Source: Macrostomum lignano
Taxonomy: Eukaryota
Direction: 5' to 3'
Length of the DNA: 64,000 nt
Assembly (NCBI GenBank): GCA_002269645.1
Contig: NIVC01000672.1
Location: 248,001 to 312,000 of the forward strand
The stretch's first letter is position 1. Each line of letters opens with the position of its first letter. The notes beneath the pieces were generated by a model that worked only from the letters and a program-made list of their open reading frames with translations, did not search any database and was not told the DNA's origin. Below, one piece after another: positions 24,952 through 34,438 of this stretch. The translations under genes and the position numbers were made by a program.

Positions 24952-27655
24952 CACACTAACAGGCTTAATTTTTAATTTCCTAGAATTTGATAATTGGTAG
25001 CTTTTCTGGAAAAAGCATGCCGCATTAACATGTCTTACATATTGAGATCCGGGTCGTTTCACGCTGAGATGAGCTGTCATGAGATCCGCAGGCCGCTCGT
25101 GAGCGCACAGATTGAGCCGCCTTGAATTTTTATTTCTGCTGCTTAATTTTCACAAACCCAGTTGAGCCAATCTGCCATCTGCATGTCGCATCCGCCTTGT
25201 GCTGAATAATGAAAAACAGTACCGATGCAGCTCCGCAGCTTCCCCCACCCCCTCCATCCCGTAGCAGTCAGACCCCTTTCGCCTAGGCAGGCCCGCCTAC
25301 CACCAGGTAACAATGGCATTGTGTTATAACTGCGCCTATAGCTTATATTCAGGCTGAGCATAGCAACAATTTATATCCGAGATGGAGCCTCATTTGACCG
25401 AGTGAGTGCGCTTATAATTCTCATAAAATGCTTTATTTCTCGTCAACTGTTTACTGCTATTTAAAACTGAGACTGATAAAACGCATTACAGACCTACTTA
25501 TAGTAGAGCAGTTTGAGCATCGCTCCTATTTAACTCTGCAACAACATGCTAAAACTGATTTTATTATATCTCTAGATCTAATGCTGGGGAGAATTTTATC
25601 CTTAGGCCTTAGCCGGCTCCTTCAACTCCCCTACCCGCTCCCCAGGAGGCGGACAAGCGCATGGGCCACCTGCTGCAGTCCACCACCGCCTACATTGTGG
25701 AGTTCGACGGCATGTCCAGCGTGCTGTGGACCATCACGCCGCCGTCGCGCCGCGCCCTCAGCAAGGAGCTCGGCAACAACCGCAGCACCGTGCGGCTCTT
25801 CTTCAAGCTCGAGTGCCTCCGCTCCAAGGACGGCGGCGTCTCGAGAAAGAAAGTGTTCGAACGGGAGCTTGGGTTCGGCACCCCTGTGCGGGAGAGCCTC
25901 ATCCGGGTGCTCAACAGCTCGGCCGCCAACGCCTCCGTCACCTTCCACCAGATTGGCGACCGCTTCCTCCTGCTCAGCAGCGACCCCTCTGGTGGCATGG
26001 AGCCGCTGAGCAACAGCCTGCCCGCTAAGAAGCTCAACACCAGCAGGATTGACATTCAGGTGACACCGGTTGCTCACCTGTGATCTCCATTCCATTCACC
26101 GTTGTCATTGGGTCTCACCTGTGATCTCCATTCCATTCACCGTTGTCATTGGGTCTCACCTGTGATCTCCATTCCATTCACCGTTGTCATTAGGTCTCAC
26201 CTGTTATCTCCATTCCATTCACCGGTGCCATAGGGTCTCACCTGTGATCTCCATTCCATTCACCGGTGCCATAGGGTCTCACCTGTAATCTCCATTCCAT
26301 TCACCGTTGTCATTAGGTCTCACCTGTTATCTCCATTCCATTCACCGGTGCCATAGGGTCTCACCTGTGATCTCCATTCCATTCACCGTTGTCATTGGGT
26401 CTCACCTGTGATCTCCATTCCATTCACCGGTGTCATTGGGTCTCACCTGTGATCTCGGCACCATTCACCGGTGTCATTGGGTCTCACCTGTGATCTCGGC
26501 ACCATTCACCGGTGTCATTGGGTCTCACCTGTGATCACTGCTGCTCACATCTACATTGAAAAGCATTCACTAATCCCCTGAGTCAATAAAGCAACTCTGA
26601 ATTGGTGCTCTTCAGGCTGACCTACGATCTGACGAGAACAGCGTGTCCTGGTGGGAGCTGCAGGACATCTACAGCGGCAACTTTCTGTGCCCGATGAACC
26701 GCACGGGCAGGCAGGTGGGCCAGGCCGACATGCACAACATTCTGCGGCTGGTGTTCTTCTCGGAGCGGTCCAAGTCTGAGAACCGGCTTATTCAGGTTAG
26801 AGGAGTGCTATTATAGTTGCTATGCTGTTGCCATCCAGTGGTTGCTATGCAGCGGTTGTTATGCTGGTTGCTATACAGCGGTTGTTATGCTGGTTGCTAT
26901 GGCTTCTAGGCTGGTTGCTATGCAGTGGTTTCCATGCTGGTTGCTATGCAGTGGTTTCCATGCTGGTTGCTATGGCGTGGTTTTTAGGCTGGTTGCTATG
27001 CAGTGGTTTCTATGCTGGTTGCTATGCAGTAGCTTCTATGTTGGTTGCTATGCAGTGGCTGCTATTCTGGTTACTATGCAGTGGTTTCCATTGTAGTCGC
27101 TATGCAGTTGTATGCTGACTGGTCGCTATGCAGTGTAGAATACTGTTTCGTATTCAACTGCTATGTCACTTGTGCTGTTGCTATGACAACGCCAAACCGC
27201 CCCCACCCCCTGTCCCACAGGCCATCCAGAAGGTGGGCATGTACGGCATCCTGTCCGTGTTCGTGATCTCCATCGCGCGGGTGCTGCGGGCGGGCATCAT
27301 CCCCCGCCACTACCTGGTCATGTACGTGGACATGCCGCACGTGGATCGGCTCCTGGCTCTGCTGCACGACATCTACTTGGTCCGCGAGTCCCAGGAGCTC
27401 GAACTGGAGGAGGAGCTGTTCGCCAAGCTGCTGTACCTGTTTCGCTCCCCATCAATGCTGATCAAGTACACGCAGACTCCTGAGTCCATCCTGAGCAAGT
27501 TCTACCACGAGCCCGCGCCGCTGCAGCCCGCCGACCCGCTGGCCAACCTGCCGGCCGCCGCGGCTGCCGAGGAGGCGGGCGGCGTCGGCGGAGGTGGTGG
27601 CGGCCACTGCAGGAAGCCGTCGGACTCGGCCAGCAAGCACTTCAAGCACGAGTGA
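5400..27655 (+). CDS. piezo: Piezo-type mechanosensitive ion channel, 5' part upstream of this model; 20 exons, ~2,465 aa
   Basis: Exons with GT-AG boundaries: 5400-6005, 6771-7094, 7468-7616, 8546-8916, 9782-9832, 9964-10130, 11702-11875, 12433-13162, 13405-13558, 14205-14587, ~15086-15418, 16701-17315, 19094-20144, 20486-20736, 21614-21868, 21947-22110, 23220-23811, 25646-26059, 26616-26795, 27221-27655. Piezo motifs: [77 protein letters not shown]. All phases are consistent except one base near 15088. Confidence 0.96.
6020..6710 (+). repeat. 24-bp intronic minisatellite CCACTCTCCCTCACACTCTACTAC
   Basis: Tandem units filling the Piezo intron 6006-6770. Confidence 0.95.
7208..7377 (+). repeat. 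20-bp intronic minisatellite GTGACAGGCTATTCTAAAGA
   Basis: About 8 near-perfect units. Confidence 0.95.
7689..8500 (+). repeat. 33-bp intronic minisatellite GCATCTGTAGTTAGCGGCATTTTTGGCATCTCT
   Basis: About 24 units. Confidence 0.95.
8925..9630 (+). repeat. Compound GGAGTCTGGGGACCTGT intronic minisatellite
   Basis: Mixed ~10/17-bp subunits starting just after the 8917 donor. Confidence 0.93.
10145..11655 (+). repeat. 23-bp intronic minisatellite GCATCTGACACCGCCCCTCCCTA
   Basis: About 65 units. Confidence 0.95.
11880..12400 (+). repeat. 18-bp intronic minisatellite GACACCACTGACCTCTGT
   Basis: Starts immediately after the 11876 donor. Confidence 0.93.
13790..14145 (+). repeat. 29-bp intronic minisatellite TGACCCATCTATGACCCTGTCTACTTAGT
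   Basis: About 12 units. Confidence 0.92.
14815..15010 (+). repeat. 20-bp intronic minisatellite TTCAGTGGGTTTTGGAGGAT
   Basis: About 9 degenerate units. Confidence 0.9.
15811..16625 (-). repeat. 62/63-bp intronic tandem repeat carrying a tRNA-like B box
   Basis: About 13 near-identical units; the minus strand reads GGGGCGGAGCAGCTGG...GCGGGTTCGATTCCGTG. Confidence 0.93.
17340..19065 (+). repeat. 22-bp intronic minisatellite GACTAGCAATCCATATTGGTCA
   Basis: About 78 units. Confidence 0.96.
20870..21560 (+). repeat. 41-bp (21+20) intronic minisatellite based on GCGGAATGGCTGTAG
   Basis: Alternating ...GAGAGG and ...AATGT subunits. Confidence 0.93.
22175..23102 (+). repeat. 21-bp intronic minisatellite GATCCCAATAATCCCAACACT
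   Basis: Tandem degenerate units. Confidence 0.94.
23831..24950 (+). repeat. (GACA)n intronic microsatellite
   Basis: Reverse complement of the (TGTC)n family at 541 and 4447, with the same CACTAAG interruption. Confidence 0.97.
26072..26535 (+). repeat. 41-bp intronic minisatellite CTCACCTGTGATCTCCATTCCATTCACCGTTGTCATTGGGT
   Basis: About 11 units starting 12 bp after the 26060 donor. Confidence 0.93.
26820..27130 (+). repeat. Degenerate GCTATGCAGTGGTT/GCTGGTT intronic repeat
   Basis: Imperfect tandem units in the last Piezo intron. Confidence 0.8.
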
Positions 27656-27859
27656 CCCTCATTTTGACTGGCTTTTTGGCTGCAGAATTGCCTGCCAAGT
27701 TGATTCAGACTCAGCTGTTTTTAATCCAGATTTTCCAGGTTTTTTTGGCTTTTTGTGTTTTATTTGCATGCACGCCGCTGTCTTTCAGGTTTCACTCGAG
27801 CTTTGCTTTTCATTGGCCTAAAAATGAAGTAATGAACTATTTTATTCGACTGTCAATTA

Positions 27860-28460
27860 CAGTATGAATTAGCCTATTAGCATGTCATCGATTAGAGAAT
27901 GAATTAGGCTATTAGACTGTCAATTAGAGAATAAATTAGGCGATTAGCATGTCAAATAGGAGTTAGATTGGCCTATTAGTCTGTCAATTTGATACTGAAT
28001 TAGCCTATTAGAATGTCAATTTGATACTGAATTAGCCTATTAGCCTATCAATTAGATAATGAATTAGCCTATTAGCCTGTCAATTTGATACTGAATTAGC
28101 CTATTAGCCTGACAATTGGATACTGAATTAGCCTATTAGAATGTCAATTTGATACTGAATTAGCCTATTAGAATGTCAATTTGATACTGAATTAGCCTAT
28201 TAGCCTATCAATTAGATAATGAATTAGCCTATTAGCCTATCAATTAGATACTGAATTAGCCTATTAGCCTGTCAATTTGATACTGAATTAGCCTATTAGC
28301 CTGACAATTGGATACTGAATTAGCCTATTAGCCTGACAATTAGATACTGAATTAGCCTATTAGCCTGTCAATTAGATAATGAATTAGCCTATTAGCCTGT
28401 CAATTTGATACTGAATTAGCCTATTAGACTGTCAATTAGATACTGAATTAGCCTATTAGC
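27860..28460 (+). repeat. 32-bp minisatellite GAATTAGCCTATTAGCCTGTCAATTAGATACT
   Basis: Tandem units downstream of the Piezo stop codon. Confidence 0.92.
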
Positions 28461-29239
28461 ATGCTTACCTATTTTACCTGTTAATCGATGTTTTTCATCG
28501 CTTTGTAAATTCCTTATGAATTTTCCTGGCCACACTGTCAGATTTTCTACGCCTGCATTATGCTGCATGTTAAAATGATTTCGATGTATAATCATACTAT
28601 TATTTCTGTTGTGGCTCATTAGTTCAATATTTATTACCTATGTTACTATGTAATTATTTACCTTGCACTTCTAGCCGCAAATCTTTTCCACTAGTCCTGT
28701 TTCACTCTGCGGATGAATCTCTCTGCATGCTGTCGGTGTTGTCTCAGTGCTTTTACCTGTGAGTCAGAAACTCTCCATCTTCTGAATCGTGAAAATTTAC
28801 CAAATTACCGGTAATGCAGCATTGAATGCCATCTATTTAATTTATTTTTACCATTGTTACTAATTAATATTGCTTAGCGCGCCTATTGCGTCATTTTTAT
28901 TTTAGTCAAACACATTTTGTCTGCAATATTCGCTTCGCCTACTCGCTGACAGTATATTCGCTGACAGTAAAGCAAAGCTAAGTGCAATCGAAATCCGATT
29001 TAATTTTATTAACTTATCCGCGTTCCCACGCGATTTTCTTTCCGTTGTTTTGCTTGAAATTGTCCGGACAATAAATCCTATTATTCGCTAAATAATTGCT
29101 TCATTCGCCGCCTTCTTTTATTTTGTATACTACTCATGTTAGTCCGATTTCAGTAGTTTAGGAATTTTTAATCAGCAAAGTTATTTTCGATACATATCGG
29201 CAAGTGTCACCAGCTGTGGGGCCGGCCACATTTCTGCAG

Positions 29240-32200
29240 AATTCAAGCCAGGCGACCCCCGAGTCCAGCGGCAAGTCGCCGCCGCCTCCGGTCGCTAGTT
29301 GGGCAGCGGTGGCGCGGCCGCCGACGTCCGGGCTGGCTTCGGTGATGTCCGAGCAGCTGGCCGACCACGAGCGCGAGCAGCAGCTCCGCCAGGACCTCCG
29401 GCTGGCCGCCAAGCTGCAGGCTCTGGCACCAGTCGAGGTTCAAAGCGGCAATGGTGAAGAAAGTCGGCTGGCAAAAGACGAGCACGAGGTCGCGAGTTCG
29501 AGTCCGGCTGGTCAGGGCGGCGAGTCTGACAGCGACTTTGTGCTGGCGCTGATGCTGCAGCAGGAATTTGACAGGGAGTTTGACAGACAGGTGCGACTCA
29601 GCGAGGCCAAGCTGAACGGCAACCAGAAGGTGAGAGTCAAATTGCTGGCTGACTGGATGGGCTGCTTGGGAATATTGGCATGGTTTAAGGGCTGACGCAG
29701 GCATTCTCTTAGATAACATCTAGTGACCTCAGTTGACCTCAGAATTTCTCTAGCGCCCTCATTAGACCTGACTTTCTCTAGTGACCTCAGTTGACCCCAG
29801 ACAATCTCTAGTGACCTCAGTTGACCCCAGACAATCTCTAGTGACCTCAGTTGACCCCAGACAATCTCTAGTGAGCTCAGTTGATCCCAGACAATCTCTA
29901 GTGACCTCAGTTGACCTAAAAAATCAGTAATAACCTTATCTCAGCCCAGCTAATCATTGATGACCCCAGGTGACCCCAGACCCCCTCTCCCCGCCGCAGG
30001 TGCGGGTGACGCTGTCCAACCACCTGCGCCGGGACACGACGGGCGCCCCGGCCTCGGACTCCGAGGAGGACCCGGCGGCCACCGCCGTGGAGCCGCCGCT
30101 GCTGCCGCCCGGGCCAGCGCGCAGCTTTAACTCGCGCGGCGTCTCCGGCCGCGGCGCCGACCTGCTGACGAAGCACGACGCCGAGATCTGCGGCCGGCGC
30201 AACGCGGAGCGAATGGCGGGCTTCGGGCACGCCGGCTTCCGCACCGGCGACACCGACGGCCTGCAGCTGGACAACCGCGTCTACAACAGCCTGAAGGTGC
30301 ACGCGGCACAGGAGGAGCGGCGGTCGGCGGCCAGGAGGCAGCGGGACAGCCAGCAGCAGCTGAGCCAGCAGGAGCAGCTGGAGCAGCAGAGGCGGCAGCA
30401 GCTGGACGAGCGGACCCGCCGGCTGCTGCAGCGCCTTGTGACAATCCGGCGGCTGGCGGAGGTCGGCGAGGTGCTGAAAGTGGGCGACCAGAGCCTGGTG
30501 AGCGGTGGGAGCCTTCATGTCCGCCTGACATCCCCACTGGTGCATCCCAATAGCGAAATCCCAATAGCAAGATCGCAGTAGCAAGATCTCAATAGCAAAA
30601 TCCCAATAGCAAAATCTCAATAGCAAAATCTCAATAGCAAAATCCCAATAGCAAAATCTCAATAGCAAAATCCCAATAGCAAAATCCCAATAGCAAAATC
30701 CAAATAGCAAAATCCCAATAGCAAAATCCCAATAGCAAAACTCTCAATAGCAAAATCCCAATAGCAAAATCCCAATAGCAAAATCCCAATAGCAAGATCG
30801 CAGTAGCAAAATCTCAATAGCAGAATCTCAATAGCAAAATCCAAATAGCCAAATCCCACTGCAACCGCCCCAATTTCCAGCTGATCCACGCCCGCTGCGA
30901 CTCGAACTCCCGCTGCAAGGGCGGCCGTCCGATGCCCCCTGATGTGGTCGTCAAGGTCTTCCGGCGGCTCTCCAGGTCGCGGCTCTCCTCCGCGGCAGCG
31001 GCAGCAGCGACGTCTGCGGAGTCTCAGCTGGAGGCGCCGTGCAGCCCGCGCGGCTCCCCACGCGCCCGCTGCCTGCGCGAGCTGCGCGGCCTTCGCCGAC
31101 TTCGCCGGGCGGGCGTCGCCTCGCCGGCCCCGCTGATGCTGCGGCGCCACCTCCTGCTGACGGAGCTCGTCGGGGCCAACGGCGTCGCGGCGCCCTCGCT
31201 GGCCGACTGCCTTGAAGGTGGCCTGCTGAGCGAGGCAGACTGGATGAAGGCCTGGGAGCTGACCGTGACTGCCCTGCGGAGCACGCTGCGACTGGCCAGG
31301 TGGGTGGGGAGTGATCTCTCATTCACCGAGCCCAGGCTGCCTGCTGAATACTGCCATTATACCCCAAGCATGAGAAATCCCTGAATTCCCCAGGCATGAG
31401 AAATCCCCGAATTCCCCAGCATGAGAAATCCCCGAATTCCTAAGCATGAGAAATCCCTGAATTCCCAAGCATGAGAAATTCCCAAGCATGAGAAATTCCC
31501 AAGCATGAGAAATTCCCAAGCATGAGAAATCCCTGAATTCCCCAGGCATGAGAAATCCCCGAATTCCCCAGCATGAGAAATCCCCGAATTCCTAAGCATG
31601 AGAAATCCCTGAATTCCCAAGCATGAGAAATTCCCAAGCATGAGAAATCCCTGAATTCCCCAGGCATGGGAAATCCCCGAATTCCCCAGCATGAGAAATC
31701 CCCGAATTCCTAAGCATGAGAAATCCCTGAATTCCCAAGCATGAGAAATCCCCAAATTCCCAAGCATGAGAAATTCCCAAGCATGAGAAATCCCTGAATT
31801 CCCCAGGCATGAGAAATCCCCGAATCCCGAAGCATGAGAAATCCCCGAATTCCCAAGCATGAGAAATCCCCGAATTCCCAAGCATGAGAAATCCCCGAAT
31901 TCCCTTAGGCATGAGAAATTCCCAAAATTCCCCCACCGCATCCCAGGCTGGTGCACGGCAACCTGGACGGCCGCCACCTGCTGTGGTGGCGCGGCTCCGT
32001 GTGGCTGACCGGCCTGTCCCGCTGGACGGACCGCGGCCACCCCCGCGCCGGCGAGCTCCTTCTGCGCGACTGCCGCGCCGTCTGCGGCTTCTTCGAGCGG
32101 GCGCGGCCCGGCCTGCCCGGCCTGCTGGAGGCGGCCGACCTGGCGGAGCTGCTGGGCGCCGGCGAGGCGGCGGGAGACGCGGCGGCGGCGACGGCGGAGG

Positions 32201-32295
32201 CTGCAGCTGCGGATGAAGAGAGCGGCGAGGAGGATGAGGATGATGACGATGATGCTGAGGAGTCTGGAGATGAGGCTGGGGATCTGTTACACTGA
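29240..32295 (+). CDS. riok3: RIO kinase 3-like protein, predicted catalytically dead; start codon unresolved
   Basis: Exons 29240-29629, 30000-30497, 30881-31299, 31947-32295 with consistent phases (552 codons). RIOK3 N-terminal signatures: LASVMSEQLA, SDFVLALMLQQEFDREFD...KLNGNQKV, TKHDAEICGRRNAERM, NRVYNSLKVHA.QEERRSA; kinase lobe VVVKVF...AGVASP...AAPSL...LVHGNL...LLRDCRAVCGFF. Confidence 0.9.
29720..29915 (+). repeat. 30-bp intronic minisatellite TCTAGTGACCTCAGTTGACCCCAGACAATC
   Basis: Tandem units in RIOK3 intron 1. Confidence 0.88.
30545..30850 (+). repeat. 14-bp intronic minisatellite AAAATCCCAATAGC
   Basis: Tandem units in RIOK3 intron 2. Confidence 0.92.
31365..31930 (+). repeat. 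AAGCATGAGAAATCCCCGAATTCCC intronic minisatellite
   Basis: Variable ~16-27-bp units in RIOK3 intron 3. Confidence 0.92.
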
Positions 32296-32559
32296 AGCCC
32301 GCATCTGCTTGAATTTGTTTAAATTTTGCTTTTCTGTTTTTGCCTATTCTATTCAGAGCTGGGTGGCCGTGCCGCCCAGTGTCAATATAGTTATTGATCA
32401 TAATTAATTGCTTGAGTTGCTTAAGTTCGAACTCGCTTGAACCGCCTGTGTGCTGAGCACAGGCTGCGAAATCGGCATTTTTGTGTCTCGCTTTTTGTTT
32501 GGTTCTTTTTTGCGACCCCCTCATGCTGTGGGGGATTTTCCATTGGCAGGGGTATTTTT

Positions 32560-33235
32560 TCTCAATTGACAGGGGGTATTTATTCTCAATTGACAGGGGG
32601 TATTTATTCTCATTTTTCAGGGATATTGATTCTCAATTGGCAGGGGTATTGATTCTCAATTGGCAGGGGTATTGATTCTCAATTGGCAGGGGTATTGATT
32701 CTCAATTGGCAGGGGTATTGATTCTGAATTGGCAGGGGTATTTATTCTCAATTGGCAGGGGTATTGATTCTCAATTGGCAGGGGTATTGATTCTCAATTG
32801 GCAGGGGTATTGATTCTCAATTGGCAGGGGTATTGATTCTCAATTGGCAGGGGTATTGATTCTCAATTGGCAGGGGTATTGATTCTCAATTGGCAGGGGT
32901 ACTTATTCTCAATTGGCAGGGGTATTGATTCTCAATTGGCAGGGGTATTTATTCTCAATTGGCAGGGGTATTTATTCTGAATTGGCAGGGGTATTGATTC
33001 TCAATTGGCAGGGGTATTTATTCTGAATTGGCAGGGGTATTGATTCTGAATTGGCAGGGGTATTGATTCTGAATTGGCAGGGGTATTTATTCTGAATTGA
33101 CAGGGGTATTGATTCTGAATTGGCAGGGGTATTGATTCTCAATTGGCAGGGGTATTGATTCTCAATTGGCAGGGGTATTGATTCTCAATTGGCAGGGGTA
33201 TTGATTCTCAATTGGCAGGGGTATTTATTCTCAAT
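32560..33235 (+). repeat. 23-bp minisatellite ATTGATTCTCAATTGGCAGGGGT
   Basis: About 29 units. Confidence 0.95.
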
Positions 33236-33699
33236 TGGCTTTGCTAATGCAATTAACGCCATTGAGGGCCAGCGCATCCGCGCGCTTTTGTGCCTGCTCA
33301 GGGGAGTCGGCGGAACGGTCAGTAATTGGGTTTATTGGGTAGTTGAGTCATTTTTATCAACTGGTAGGAGTATTCTCATAGCCGGGGGTATTCTCTGATG
33401 GCCACGTATTCAACTGTCTAGTTAGGGATTCAGTTGTAGGCATCCCTGCAGTTTCCACTCCGCTCTCCTGCTATCGGCCAGCTCTCCATCGGTTGCTGTT
33501 GCTATGGCCGGTGTGGACTTAAACAGACTGCCGCCCTCCTTGCCTCATCGGCCTGCCCTCCCGGATTCTGAAGCCCACTGCCAACCACGCGCAACGAGGT
33601 TGTCTGACTGGAAATGGAAAACAAGCTTGCGCTTCTAGTCATTCTGAGCTCCTTCTGTGGCTGCTTGGGAGGTGAGATTGAACTTCATCACTTTCAGAA

Positions 33700-34410
33700 A
33701 TCACCTGACAACTGAGACACAATCACCTGACAATTGAGACACAATCACCTGACAACTGAGACACAATCACCTGACAACTGGGACGCAATCACCTGACAAT
33801 TGAGACACAATCACCTGACAACTAAGACACAATCACCTCACACCTGAGATACAATCACCTGACAACTGAGACACAATCACCTGACAACTGAGACACAATC
33901 ACCTGACAACTGAGACACAATCACCTGACAACTGGGACGCAATCACCTGACAACTGAGACACAATCACCTGACAACTAAGACACAATCACCTCACACCTG
34001 AGATACAATCACCTGACAACTGAGACACAATCACCTGACAATTGAGACACAATCACCTGACAATTGAAACACAATCACCTGACAACTGAGACACAATCAC
34101 CTGACAATTGAGACACAATCACCTGACAACTGAGACACAATCACCTGACAATTGAGACACAATCACCTGACAACTGAGATACAATCACCTGACAACTGAG
34201 ACACAATCACCTGACAACTGAGATACAATCACCTGACAACTGAGATACAATCACCTGACAACTGAGACACAATCACCTGACAACTGAGATACAATCACCT
34301 GACAACTGAGATACAATCACCTGACAACTGAGACACAATCACCTGACAACTGAGATACAATCACCTGACAACTGAGATACAATCACCTGACAACTGAGAC
34401 GCAATCACTT
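33700..34410 (+). repeat. 22-bp minisatellite AATCACCTGACAACTGAGACAC
   Basis: About 32 units, probably intron 1 of the lectin gene. Confidence 0.95.
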
Positions 34411-34438
34411 AGCAACGAACTCAAACCCCTCCGGTCAG

